A stretch of DNA of 64,000 bases from Octopus vulgaris (GCA_951406725.2 OX597818.1:79670001-79734000); one strand, 5' to 3'. Positions 39,198-52,915 are shown, counted from the stretch's first letter. The notes: generated by a model not told the origin, from the sequence alone. Translations and numbers: made by a program.

Positions 39198-40181
39198 GGT
39201 ATGAGAGTAAAAATTAAGTCATAGTTAGTTTTGCCTGTCAAGGGTGTATATACATTATGATACGTTTAAATACTTTAACTACCATTAATGTAATTCAAAA
39301 GAAAAATTCCCTTTTTACCTATGATCTTTTATATCTAAGTAAAATTGAGACGATTTTTCTCGACTTTATCTCTGATCATCAGTCGATGGAGTGACTGCTC
39401 ATCTAAAAAGGGATGCACACCAGATAGGTGAAAAGGTTATGGATGAAAGAATCGATTGAGCCCTGAGTAAAATACCACATGATGTGTAACTACATCCATT
39501 TACACATTTTGTTCAAATTCTTTCTAAAACAACATTGCCTTTAATTCTTCCGAAGTGGACAAAATAAATTACCATTCAAACGCCGGAGTTACTATAGCTG
39601 TTCATTAAAAAAATCGTCTGGCCTTGTGTTTATGTTATAACAAATACTATATAAATATAAAATAATAAAAACAACCCGCAAATATTAAGGGATTACTGGG
39701 TCACCACCTAACAAAGTGTTATTATTATTGAAATCAGTGGGACACCAAATCTTTATTTGCTTATAATCATCAGTTTGCTGTTGTTGTCACCAAAAAGGAT
39801 CCGTATCAGTGTATATATGAGTGGGAGCAGTACATATGTATATATACACACTTATGCACATATATATGAAGTGTCGAAATTATGAGGATATCTGCTTGGC
39901 AGCTGATGAGGGAAATTCTCCGCTCATGTAAAATATGCTTCCTGTTTTTTTTTATGTCTCTGTTCGTTGTTACTGTCCTTTACCATTTGTTTCAAGTACC
40001 TGAAGAGTGTAAGGTTTTGTTCATTGGTCACTGGTGTATGAGTACTAACTAGAGGTTAATCGAAGGAATTTATACTATGATGAGACTGTTTTTAGAAATT
40101 GTGGTATTTTTCAATGTCGTAGTGTCGTTATACGCTAGACACGAAGAGTACATATGTGTACGTCTACATATATACATACAT

Positions 40182-40267
<86 letters not shown>

Positions 40268-41449
40268 GGATGGATATTATTTATAAGATTCAGTTGAATC
40301 TCGGGAAGATGTATTATTATATGCTATGATGTGATCTATGAATACATTAATAAAAGCCTACCAAAACAGTTGTCGCAAACAGTTAAACCCATTTATGTTC
40401 TCTCTCTCACACACACACACACACATATATACCTGGAATATACATATTTAATATCCTTTTTTTAATTTAATATCCTTTTTTTAATTAATTATTAAGAGGT
40501 TCATAAAATTCATTGTTAGAGGTACACATTGATTTTTTTTAGAAATCCCACACACACACACATACAAACACGTGTATGCATGTATGTTTTTATGTATGTA
40601 CGAATGTATACTGTGTAAGCACATATAGTCGAAAATATAAACGCTAGAATCAGAAGATAGCGATGATTTGTCTCTATTGAAAACAATGCGCCAGGGAATA
40701 CAATTTGTAAAATTAGATGAGGTAAAGAGGAGAAATCTGATGTTTCAGATAGCTGTTCTTCACCAAGAGAAATATATTTAAAAAAAGTCGTTTTTAGCTG
40801 ACGTCATAAGAATTTATAATCTTTGGGAGAACGTGAAATAATTCGTTTTTGGAACGATGACTCTCGAAGCAGATAAATCTATAAATGAGAGTATATAAAT
40901 GTTAGGTTTAAAAACCCCTAAGACAGGAAAAGTTGATGTCTGCCCATCACAATACAGAAAGATTGTTTCATGGAGCGAAACATGAAAAGCCATTTTCTAG
41001 CAGCGCAACTTATCCTCTTTTACGAATTTTAGGCGATGACCTTAATATGACACTAATGTAGTTGTAAAGTTATTTAATATTCACTTAGAAGTTGCAGTGA
41101 TTGACTACAACATTTTATGAATGTCTTTGAAAGTAAGTGTTTTTAGAACTTACGAGTAATGATATCCTCCTAAACATAAATTCGATACCTGGTTGTCTCA
41201 ACGATTTTATATGGGTGGAAGAACTTCGGACAGCAACAGAGTGAATCGGTATCTGTCTTCCAAGATTGTATCTTTCAATATTCATAATAATAGAGTTCTA
41301 ATATGTTGGACTATTTCTCTGCATTACACTAAGTTGAAAGCGGTATACTTTTATTGTATAAGTATAATATTCCAAGAAAACTAATACATCCCACCACATA
41401 TATACATACACACGTACATACATGCATATATTGCATACATACATAACAT

Positions 41450-41508
<59 letters not shown>

Positions 41509-41648
41509 TATATTAAATTAGAGATAAAACCACTATTAGGCAAATCAAACAATGAAAAACTTAAGCCAATACATAAAATTAATTAATTTATATTATTTTA
41601 AATATATATCAAAATTATTAAAAGTTTAATAAAAGATAATGAGTAAAA

Positions 41649-41717
41649 CACTACTATCGTTTCATGGCTGTCCAATTCGTAATAATTCGAGTTATGGTTA
41701 CAGTCAATCTTCAGGTG
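41649..41717 (-). ncRNA. Type I hammerhead-like motif with canonical core
   Basis: CAC-CTGAAGA-T-TGACTGT...ACAGCCA-T-GAAAC-GATA-GTA-GTG. Confidence 0.65.
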
Positions 41718-42280
41718 ATTGAAATATCTAAAATATAATCAGAAATATTTAAACAATATTTTTAAGATATAAATAATATAATAATTTTACTTATAATAAA
41801 CTCTACTATCAAACTAGAAACATAGAACTTAACAATTATGATTATATCAAAATCGACTATAATGTTAAATATTAATTTTAATTTATAAGGTAGGAAACCC
41901 ACCCATAATCTAATATCGGTATTAGTCTATATCTAATTACATAAATATTTTTAAATGACTAATATATATAAATTATCAATGAAAATATATAAATGTATAT
42001 AAATATTATAATTAAGATCTAAAATAATCTCTATAAATAAATGTATATGCACATATAATAAAAACCTAATAAATTTAATTTTTCATATTTAAAGATGAAA
42101 TAGCTAATTTCAAAATACAAATAAACAAACTTAAACGAACTTTCGGAAATCTTATGTAAAATACTTTTAGAAATAATCAATTCGTAGTAATATAGTATCG
42201 AATAAATACTATAAATACTATAAATATAATTATCAATGGGAATAATTAGCGAATATAAATTTAAAGAAATAACTAAGTTA

Positions 42281-42352
42281 TGCTATTAAATTAGACATGA
42301 CCTGGACCAATCTTTAGTCGAAACATATCTAAGTTTATCAAAGTTTATCTAA
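42281..42352 (+). mobile_element. Severely 5'-truncated CR1 tail
   Basis: TTAGACATGACCTGGACCAATC..TAGTCGAAACATATCTAAGTTT matches 61853-61920. Confidence 0.8.
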
Positions 42353-42553
42353 TTTAATTATAAATTTAAAACTAGAATTAATACTATTAAAACATGTATA
42401 TACAAAAGCCTAACTTAATACACCTCGTATGCTTGCTATCTACTAAGACACTAATTAACTGTACATGTAGAGATAAAACTAAATGTAAACTAAATAATAA
42501 ATGTGATATTAACGATGTAGTGTATAAATGCATAGTTACATTACATGATAAGA

Positions 42554-42625
<72 letters not shown>

Positions 42626-44554
42626 GGGAAAAAGAGAGAGAGGATGCTTCTCTGCTCCTATACAAAACGTAACCACTTCTGTTAGTTGCGCTTTTCCGTA
42701 CATGAGATTTTGAGTCCCGAGAGCTGTTTGAATTTTACTTTACAAGCAGTGCAAATATGTCTCACCTTGAGTAGCAAAGTGGCATTTGTCTTGTCCGATA
42801 TTTGAATGCCGTCGATCGAGTCATGCCATATTATAAATATGACACATGAGCGTGTCTGCTGTAATGATCTTTGTGTCACATGGGCCAATTGTGTGAAGAT
42901 GAGTTCTGAGATGTGATGTTTAGCCAGGTAAGTTTTACCATATGTTGAGCAACTGAGGGATGGCTTTATTTTTGTTTTACGCGAGGTGTTATTTTTCCGT
43001 TTTTCTCTTTACATTTTTGCATACTTTTGTTTCTTCTTTTTTCAAAATCTTTTACCCCACACCAGATCGTTTTCAACATTTTTTGTATGGTGTATTAAAT
43101 TCCGTAAGACTCGTTTATGGCAAGTCCGTGCGGCTTTTTGGTTTACACTGTTTTTGCTTCCCAGCAGATAGATCACCATGAAAAATAGGGATGCAATCTG
43201 GACACGGACACAAGCACACGAACATAACATAACATTACATACAGACACACACACATACGCATACACAGATAATTAGATGCTTTAGAAAATAAACAACGAA
43301 ACAGACGTTGACTACTACGTGATGTTTTGGGATGTAAGAGAATCCGGAGCCTCAAATTATTGTTAAAAGCACAGTGAGAAAAGAAAAGGACATCGGTTGG
43401 GGTATTTATGGTTAAATGAAGATTTGAGATGCTGGAGAATGATAATAAAGATAGGTGGTACATTTTTTCATGGAAAGAAGGGGCAAAAAAGCAGTAACTT
43501 GCTGTTTCCACGAACTGAATAAAGCGAAAGACATCGGCGGTGATGATGGGGGGGGGGGGGTAAAGACATTTGTCATGATGGCCATTATGGTGTCGGAGAG
43601 AGATGTTAGTGAAGAAGACGATGACGGCGGGCGTTCAGGACGGTGGCGGAGGCGGTGAAGATGGCGCTGGCGGTGGCGTTGGTAGTTGTGGTGGTGAGGT
43701 GGTGATGCTAGTGGTGGTCATTATGGTACTGGTTCCTGATCGTATTGTGAACGAAAAATGAGGTGATGATTGGTTATTTGCCAATATCTTAGTATCTAAG
43801 GTAGTGGTCATGTTGATGGCAAACATGTTAATTAATACGACACTGTGTTAGTACGTAGGTGGGTAAATGAGATATTGGTTCTGATGATAGTAGTTGAGCG
43901 TAAACAGCTTGATTAAAAAAATATGCTTGTCACACTCGGTCTATAAACAGAGAGGCACAAGGGTCGGATCAGTGAGGAGAGAGGAAGCTCGTTAAAAAAT
44001 TCCACGGAGATCATCAAGGGTAATTTGAAACATGGACTCAACAGGATAAGCCCATTAAACATACATCCATGTACACACACATGCACACACGCACAAATAT
44101 ACACATATATGTATATATGCATATATTATCGGTCTCGCATACATAGTGTATGTGTTTTGTTTATACGCCCATTTGCTGTAGGATAGCGTCCTGAAAAATC
44201 ACCATACACGACACCGGGGTTTAAAGAACACTAAATGTTCCAGATCAGGCGAGACATATATATCCGCGAACATATGTACAGACTCCGTGCATGGAAATAA
44301 GTACAGACACATAGTCAAGCAAATATTCACTCACAGCCACATACGCAAACAAATATATAAGTATATATGTAAGAATGTATGTGTGGGAGTATCTATATAT
44401 GTGTATGTATTATGTATATGTTCATGCATGTGTATATACATGTGTGAGTGGACTGCGTATGTGTGTATGTGACTTGGATATTCATATAGATATAAATACA
44501 CGTATACACTATACGCACACACACACACACGCATATATATATATATATATATTA

Positions 44555-44708
44555 TACAAAATGGGACAAGAACGCAGAACATCCAGACAGGTGATACAAA
44601 AAAGGGATAACAAAACATCCAGATAGACGATACAAAGAAAGCAAGAACGGGTCATTCGAAGTTTTCTTTCTTCAGTCGAGTTACAGATTATCTTCGCAAT
44701 TTCGGTTG
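44555..44708 (-). repeat. Unclassified repeat fragment (homolog at 57187-57520; related at about 17287-17445)
   Basis: ACAAAATGGGACAAGAACGC...GATTATCTTCGCAATTTCGG; cut by the adjacent mariner. Confidence 0.75.
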
Positions 44709-44722
44709 CACATATAAATGTA

Positions 44723-45995
44723 TTCGGCCATCCCATAAATAATGCAGTCATTTTTATACATTTATTTTTAAAAATTAAGATAAATAAGGTTCCTTTTTAA
44801 TCTAAGATATACTCTTTTTCATTTTCTACAATGCTCTTCCATCTATCTGGTAGACTTGCAAGGCCCCGCACCCAAAATTCACCTGCCCGTGACGAAAAAT
44901 ACTCCTCCAGCATTGTTGTGACCTCGTCTATACGATTCGTATTTTTTTCCGTCTAAATGATTTTGAAGACTGCAGAATAAACGATAATCAGGTGAGGCAA
45001 TGTCCGGTGAATATGATGGGTGGGACATTGTTTCTCATTCAACCTGCTCCAGCCTTTGGAATGTCTTCCTCGTTGTATATTGCCGAACATTATCCTGATA
45101 GAAGAACACTTTACGTCTTGAAACAAAAGATGGTCGTTTTTCTTCTAGCGCTCACTTTAGCCCCTCAAGCTGCTCGCAGTAGATCTCCTTTGTTATCGTT
45201 TGGTTTGGGTTTTAAAGTTCAAAGGGGACTAAACCTTTCATATCTCACTAAATAGATAACTACACCTTACGGTGGATGAAGACATTCTTTAGCCTGGGGT
45301 ACCGTTGTTTCTCCTTTCCCTACCCACTATCTTTGGTGCTTGACATTTTTATAGAGAACCCATTCCTCGTCACTAATCACTATTCGGTCCAAAAAAAGGT
45401 TCATTCGTGAGGCAAGGAAGAGCACACATTCACTCTCTACGCGCGATTAGACTCGGAAAGTTTGTGAGGATCCCATCGACCCAATTTGCTGACTTCGCCC
45501 ATGGCATGCAGGTATTGATGAATGGTTGAAAGACCAAATCCAAGCTTCTTTGCTAGTTCCTCAACAGTTACGATGGGATTTTGTTCCACCAAGGTTTTTC
45601 AGGACGTCCTCGTTGAGCTCTACAGATCTTCCAGGACGAGGCACGTCTTCTAGACGGTAGTTTCCGGCTCGGAATTTCTGGAATCAACGTTGACACTGGT
45701 TTACGCTTATTGTTCCATACCCATATACTGCATTGATATTCCTCGCACTTCCCATTGCGTTGTTACCTTTATTGAACTCATAAAGCAAAATATGCTGAAT
45801 ATGCTCCTTTGTCACCTTCATTGTAGCTGTAAAAAAAATAATAACTATCAAAATCGAACTGCACTCTTCAAAACTTGCACTAAGAATAAGTACATGATAA
45901 AATTACTACCTGCTTTTACAGCAAGTTGATCCCGTCCCGCTCCAACTTTTAGTTCATGCAGTTGAAAAAACCGTATTATTTATGGGATGACCCAA
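44723..45995 (-). mobile_element. Full-length degenerate mariner (D,D34D) transposon
   Basis: TIRs TT(G/C)GG(T/C)CATCCCATAAATAAT with TA on both sides, about 1.27 kb; ORF remnant 45821-44797: MKVTKEHIQHILLYEFNKG...RWDPHKLSE...IVISDEEWVLY...QDNVRQ...HPSYSPDIASPDYRLF. Confidence 0.9.
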
Positions 45996-46198
45996 TATAT
46001 ATGTAAATACCTATATATATTTATATGTACATAAATACATTTTATATGTACGTATTTATGTTTATAAAGTGTGTGCGTGTGTGTGTGTGTGAGCAAGCGT
46101 ATGTGTGTGTGAGTGTGTGTATGTGTATCAAACACCCACACATACACACATATATAAGCGTATATATGCATATATAAATATATATATATATATATATA

Positions 46199-46607
46199 GG
46201 CGCAGGAGTGGCTGTGTGGTAAGTAGCTTGCTAACCAACCACATGGTTCCGGGTTCAGTCCCAGTGCGTGGCACCTTGGGCAAGTGTCTTCTGCTATAGC
46301 CCCGGGCCGACCAATGCCTTGTGAGTGGCTTTGGTAGACGGAAACTGAAAGAAGCCTGTCGTATATATATATATATATACATATATGTGTGTGTTTGTGT
46401 GTCTGTGTTTGTCCCCCTAGCATTGCTTGACAACCGATGCTGGTTTGTTTACGTCCCCGTCACATAGCGGTTCGGCAAAAGAGACCGATAGAATAAGTAC
46501 TGGGCTTACAAAAAATAAGTCCCGGGGTCGATTTGCTCGACTAAAGGCGGTGCTCCAGTATGGCCGCAGTCAAATGACTGAAACAAGTAAAAGAGTAAAA
46601 GAAAGAG

Positions 46608-46609
<2 letters not shown>
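46199..46609 (+). mobile_element. SINE family A, young full-length copy inside (TA)n
   Basis: GGCGCAGGAGTGGCTGTGTGGTAAG...AAACAAGTAAAAGAGTAAAAGAAAGAGT. Confidence 0.92.
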
Positions 46610-46674
<65 letters not shown>

Positions 46675-46721
46675 ATATATAGCCACATGCTCATACACCT
46701 ACATACCTTTTACAATTATAC

Positions 46722-47334
46722 ATTTGTTAAACTGGATATCTGATGGATGTATTTTGTGGACAACTTTCTTCCGGTCAGTTCATTGACAACACCATAAGCC
46801 TATACATGAGCCTATTTTATACATAAGCCTATAAAAGCCCACAAAAAATTAACATATATACATATCCATCCATCCATGCATCTATCCATCCATTCATACA
46901 CGCATGCATACATACATACATACATACATACATACATACATACATACATACATACATACATACATACATACATACACCTGTTGACAGTACAAGTTCAAAA
47001 AATTTCACCTCAATTATAAATACACTCCTACGCGCGAAGAAGTAGACTCCATTTAGCTCTTAGTCAAAACTAACCTCCTGTGAGCTTACTTCTCAATCCC
47101 ACCACTTACCCGCTTTTGTTACCCTCTTCAATTTCGACATGGATTAGTTTCGTGTGACTGATTGCATCTTAATAACATAGCCCATTTGTTTGTTTGGTTG
47201 TTTGTATGGTTGGTTGTTTTGGTTGTTTGTTTGTTTGTTTTTTTAAATTTGGTTATTATTCTGTTGTCGTCAATGAGCTGACCGGAAGAAAGTTGTCCAC
47301 AAAAGACATCCATCAGATATCCAGTTTAACAAAT
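46722..47334. repeat. 70-bp inverted repeat pair (46722-46791 and 47265-47334)
   Basis: 3 mismatches; no obvious TSD. Confidence 0.85.
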
Positions 47335-47504
47335 CTCGTAGAAGTGGAAGTGAGAGAAGACAGGAAAATTTTGGGGAAAAATAATTTTGAAATTGTCGTT
47401 GGTGTTGTTGTTGTGGTGATGGTGGGAGGATGGTGGTGGCGGTGATGCTGATATACATACACACATATATGTATGTAATATGTATATGTATATATTCTCT
47501 TTTT

Positions 47505-47700
47505 TTTTTACTCTTTTTACTTGTTTCAGTCATTTGACTGCGGCCATGCTGGAGCACCGCCTTTAGTCGAGCAAATCGACCCCGGGACTTAGCTGTTCGG
47601 CAAAAGGAGGCCGATGGAATAAGCACCATCTTTTTAAAAAATGAAGCATTGCATGTCCCAGCATGGCCGAGTCTAGCGACTGAGACGAAAAAAGATAAAT
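47505..47700. mobile_element. Two SINE A tail fragments in opposite orientation
   Basis: Young minus-strand tail 47505-47590 joined to an older plus-strand tail 47591-47700. Confidence 0.7.
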
Positions 47701-47744
47701 TATAGAAAGATGAGAAGGTGAGACACAAAACGCTGTACAGTAAA

Positions 47745-48629
47745 GATGATTATGGGAATGATGATGACGACGACAACGACGACGATAATGATGGCACTGT
47801 TGGGAGCTCTGCTTGTAGTGGTGATGATAGTGTTGATGTTTGTGGTGGTAGTGATGGTGATAGTGGTGATGACAGTGGTGGTGGTAGTAATGATGATGAT
47901 GATGACGGCGATAACAAGACGACGGCCATAACTACTACGTCGATGACGATGATGATGATGATGTTGGCGGTAACTTTTATATATGAACACCGCAAAACTA
48001 TTGGAGCATGAAAATTAATTAGAGAAACAATCATGAGTCGTCCAAAACCCAGAATCGAAACTTCGACTCCAACTTCACTTGGGCTCTACTACAACTGATT
48101 CAGAAGTCAATCATGAAATATATTTAAAACTATTGGCCTCCAGAGTTTCGGTCTCTGGCCTGAAAAGTGGCGTTAAACATAAATCTTTCCAGATGAGTGT
48201 GACATCTTCATTTCACTTGAGTAGAGTTTCTTCAAACTGTTAAAAATTGTTTAGAGCTATCGGTGGTAGTGGTGGTGGTGGTGGTGGTGGTGGCGGCGGC
48301 GGCGGCGGCGGTGGTGGTGGTAATAGTAGTAGTGGTGTTGGTGATGGTCGTTCTGATCGTAGTGATGGCAGCGCTCTTGCTGGAGGTGGCGGTTGTGTTG
48401 GTATTGTTGCTGTTATTAGTGATGGTACAGGTAATGGCGGCGGTGGTGGTGGTGGTGGTGGTGGTGGTGGTGGTGGTGGTGGTCGGGCGGAGGTGGTGGC
48501 GACGGCAGTGGTAGTTGGGGGTAATGGTGGTGTAGAAGTGGTTGTAATGGCAAAGATAGTGATAGTGCAGGCTGTGGTGATGATGGACCTGGTTGTGGTG
48601 ATTATGATGCTGACTGTGGTGGTGGTGGT

Positions 48630-48662
<33 letters not shown>

Positions 48663-49223
48663 GGTGGTGCTGCTGCTGCTGCTAGTTTTAGAGGTGAGGC
48701 GGAAGATATTTTAGGTAATGGCAGCGTGAAGTATTAATGGAATATAAGGAAGGAGGAGGAGGAGGAGGAGAAAGAAGAAGACGGAAACGAAGAAGAAGAA
48801 GAAGAAGAAGAAGAAGAAGAAGAAGAAGAAGAAGAAGAAGAAGAGTGAGTAGGAGGATAATAAAAATCAGAAAAATTAACAGCAGCGACAACATAACAAA
48901 GCATGAATCATATCAGAAACGAAGTGTCATCACTATCATGAATATCATCCCTTTATCAGCAACCGTCTCTAAATCCCCTAATATGCAACAAAAACAACTG
49001 TAATAATAATGGTTTCACTTTTGGCAAATAGACAGCAGGTTTTGAGGGAGGGGGCTAAGTCGATTACATTGACCCCAGTGTTCAACTGGTACTTATTTTA
49101 TCGACCCCGAAAAGATGAAAGGCAAAGTCGACCTCGGCGGAATTTGAACTCAGAACGTAAGGACAGACGAAGTGGTGCTAAGCATTTTACCCGGCGTGCT
49201 AACGATTATGCCAGCTTGCCGCC

Positions 49224-49286
<63 letters not shown>

Positions 49287-49300
49287 GGCAGCAGCAGCAC

Positions 49301-49345
<45 letters not shown>
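47745..49345. repeat. Trinucleotide microsatellite cluster: (GAT/GAC)n, (GGT/GGC)n, (GAA)n, (AAT)n, (AGT)n
   Basis: Direct reading; source of the poly-G/V/R/D ORFs. Confidence 0.92.
49008..49223 (-). mobile_element. SINE family D, full-length, between (AAT) repeats
   Basis: Reverse complement of GGCGGCAAGCTGGCATAATCGTTAGCACGCCGG...GTCGACTTTGCC. Confidence 0.87.
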
Positions 49346-49346
<1 letters not shown>

Positions 49347-49910
49347 TAGTCTAGACCTGCTGTTTACGTGTCTTTAACTAATCTGATGTGCTTGAAATTA
49401 TTAAGTTGTCTGTAAGTGTAATTCGACGTTAAATCGCATTAAGTTGTTTTAAACAACAACAGCAGCAGCAACATTAGCAGCAGCAACAACAACAACAGAA
49501 GGAACTTCATAAACTTCAATATTTTTTGTTTGTTAGCTCAAATTAGAAGTGGAATGACAGCGATCATAACTTTTTTTTAAAGGATTTACGACATTGGTTG
49601 GAGAAAGGGGTGAAATTATTCTCATTCAGAAAGCTTAGCTCTTATAATAATAATTCTTTCAAATATATAGACAAGGCCTGAAATTTTGAGGGAGGGGTTT
49701 GTCGACTACATCATCACCAGTGCTCAGCCGGTAGTTATTTTTTATCGGTAGTTTTAAATTTTGGCACAAGGCCAGTAATTACGAGGTCGATTATACAAAA
49801 GAGCACCTATGGACCAAGTGTTGGTGGTAATCCAGACGACAGTTCTAAGTTCACCGCTCAAGTACGAAAATGGGATCTTATGCTTTTACACATCTATTAA
49901 ATTACATTTG

Positions 49911-50422
49911 CTGTAAATCCTCGAGTATAATCCGCATTTTTTTCCCCAAATTTAAAGGTCAAAATCCCCAGTGCATACTATATACGAGGTTAAAAATAAA
50001 AAACATTTTCTAAGCAATGTCCGAGTCTCCATTTGCTGTCTGACTATGTTTATTCAGACGCATGTTGTGATGTCGGGCGCGAAAATACCTTAAGCTAAGC
50101 CTGAAAGTAATGAAGTCATAAGATAATCATCCATAACTTGCAGGAAGCAACATTTATTAAACGTTATTACTGTTATTTTTTTATTTTCTGTAAACAAAAT
50201 GCACAAAAAAGCTACACGTTTGCATCATGTTATATATACAATAATAATAAAGGACGTTACTGTATGCATTTTTACAAACCAAGGACGTTATATAGACCTC
50301 CTTGACTCAAGTTAGAGAAGAGGTGCGTATTATACACAAGGTTTAGGTTTTTCAGCGGTACAGACCCCTAAAAATCCCCTGCGTATTATACTCAAGGGCG
50401 GACTATACTCGAGGATTTACGG
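49911..50422. mobile_element. MITE of Tc1/mariner-pogo type
   Basis: TIRs C(T/C)GTAAATCCTCGAGTATA(A/G)TCCGC at both ends; TA on the right flank; no coding content. Confidence 0.82.
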
Positions 50423-51919
50423 TACATGATTTTAGAGGACTCGACGCTGTGAAATAAGGAACTTGTCCAAGGGGCTGTGCCCTGCCGTAGGATTGAAGCC
50501 GGGCTCACGTAATTGCAAAGTTGATTTTTAACTACGGTAGAAATCTCTTTTAAACTTGTACAGTGTAATTTTAGAGCGATTTCTTGCATAGTTAACAACT
50601 TTTCTTTGCACACCCGGGATTTGGGGTCTAATCCCATTGCACGGCACTTTGGATAAATATCTTATACAATAGCTTCAGATCCACGGAAACCATGTGAGTG
50701 AAATTTGCAGATGGAAATTGTGTGTAGAAACCTGTCACACAACATTAGATAATATCATAGATACACCTTAAAAGAGGTGAAGGCCACGGATGGAATAATG
50801 ATTCTATGTAGACTTCATCATGGATGATCTGAGCCTAACTTAAAAGAGACGATGAGTGGTGCCACAAGACTGAGCTTTTAGGATGGTAGAAACATCTGGC
50901 CCAGAGTCGCAACATCAGTAAAGCACAATCTTTGTGCAGGAGTTTTGTTGCTTACATCAGTGAATGCTTTGGTGTCGTTTTCGAAGTGGCCAAAACACTT
51001 CACCGTTTGATGAGACATCGACTCCTGTATTCAAAATCAGAGTACAGCAGCTCCCTCAGCACACAAGTGCTCAGTGTAAAATAATACCATCTTTAGAAAA
51101 GGGGCTGTCACAGTACTGATTTAATGAGTGTCTAGGATTCACTAAAAATAGGGAGATCAAGGGTGGAGCTCTTTGATCATAGGCTTGCTTGTTAATGGCA
51201 AGCCTAGGGCTAAACAGTAACAACATCGACAACACTATTATAACCAATACCATGACACAAGGAGGGCGTTCGTAAGAGGTAACATGATCTGCTAGAAATA
51301 GCAACTATCTTTAAGAATTGGTAATATAAGTAGTACATGCTAGGATAACAGTCCTAGATACACTATGCTTGTCTGAAACATTACATGATGGTCACAGATA
51401 TAACAACTTCAAAATAAATTTGCTGGATCGATCCTGATCTGTGACTAGAAGACGACATCAACAATAACAGTGGTTGTAATGTCTAGGACCCATTATATCA
51501 CCTTGTTTAATGCCACAACCTAGTTTCCTGGGTTCCACTCGATTACTGCAAACATTTCATGAAGCATTAGTTTCCTTTTCACATTTTTTCCTGTAGACAT
51601 TGACCTGAAGATATTTCAAATTGACCGTTAATAACCGAATCAATTTGGAAGTCTGGGAGATGAAGTTGAAAATTTATGACTTATTATCGCTTTCTCTATT
51701 TTTCTCTCTCCTCCTCCTCCTCCTCTCCCCCTTCTCTCTCTTGCTCGCTTATTCTTACTCTCTCTTATTGCACCCCTCTTTATCTCTACTATATACATAC
51801 GTATATATATATGTATATATATATATATTACTAGTTTCAGCTTGAGAGCTTCGGCCATATTAAGGCACCGCGTAAAAGATGTGGTGTATATTTATATATA
51901 TATATGAATCTAGATATAT

Positions 51920-52915
51920 ATGAGTGAGGAGAGGCTTCCTACGAGGAATGCGTCCATGAAGACCACACTGTTTCAAACTTCGGTGAAATGTTTGGGAGGA
52001 TACACTCTTTCCACTAACAGAAGATACTTCTTGGGCCAAAGATGAAGCGGTACAACGCCTACCGTACATCACGCAATGTTGGGTGTGGCGAATATCATGC
52101 ACAATTAAAACAGAAGGACGCCCTGGCCGATGTTATTGCTTAACCGTCCAGTAGCTTTGTACTTCTGAATTACTTTGGCAACTGTGTTTACGCTAATATT
52201 TATTCGTTTGCTAATCAGCTTGTATCCTAAACCATTCTTGTGCAAATTAAAATAATTTTCTTCAATTCTTAACCCATTAAGTCCCAGAGTACTTAAATTT
52301 CTGAATATTACTTTTAAAATTTTGCAGATAATTGAAAATAGGTTAAGATAAAAAAAATCATTATTAAATCACCTTTACTTCAAGTAGAAATGAAAATACT
52401 CAGTATCCTATAAATAGGACACTGAGACAGTGTGATATAGCTTATTTAATGTTTTCATTTAGTGTCCTACTTATAGGACAGTGGGATTTAATGGGTTAAG
52501 ACAATTCTTTTCCTTTTGGTGCCATTTTAATCACAATGAAGATTTTCGCCATGGTACACAAATCAGAATTTCTGCAGATGCAATAGCAATGACTAGTGCA
52601 AAAATGCCAGAAAATATAATTCATTAGAATTGAAATTATCAGCAATATCTGAATTTAGTAAAAAAAAAAAGGTGGATAAAAGATTGACTGTAGCAAATTT
52701 CCTTTAGGGTGTACATATTTTTGTAACGTTTGAAAATTAATATTTCATTCATATCTTTGAAAACGTTTATTGCTTTGTGTTCCAAATTTGTATAATGTTT
52801 GCATGTATAATATATTTTATTCAGCATAAATTTCGTTTGATTTCCTTCGATATTACCAAATTAATGGGAATTTTACTGAAATTCTTTAGGGTGTACATAC
52901 TTCTGCAAGATACTG
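51920..52915 (-). mobile_element. Tc1-type transposon 5' half (IR/DR end and transposase N-terminus), interrupted
   Basis: Terminus TA|CAGTATCTTGCAGAAGTATGTACACCC; ATG at 52525: MAPKGKELS/ELKKII..HKNGLGYKLISKRINISVNTVAK...RSLKQCGLHGRIPRRKPLL. Confidence 0.85.
52273..52495. mobile_element. piggyBac-like MITE nested in the Tc1 ORF
   Basis: TTAA|CCCATTAAGTCCCA ... TGGGATTTAATGGG|TTAA. Confidence 0.85.

Larger units (their letters stand above)
41505..42561. mobile_element. AT-rich Penelope-like remnant: minus-strand hammerhead plus plus-strand Cys-rich/GIY-YIG start
   Basis: Hammerhead at 41649-41717; ORF segment NCTCRDKTKCKLNNKCDINDVVYKCIVTLHDKNVYI at 42457-42561. Confidence 0.7.

Noticed and set aside
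40735-40770. Hammerhead-like remnant (TGGTGAAGAACAGCTATCTGAAACATC, minus strand)
   Set aside because: Core too decayed to count
48247-49003. Gly-rich, Val-rich and Arg-rich ORFs
   Set aside because: Products of (GGT)n and (GAA)n microsatellites
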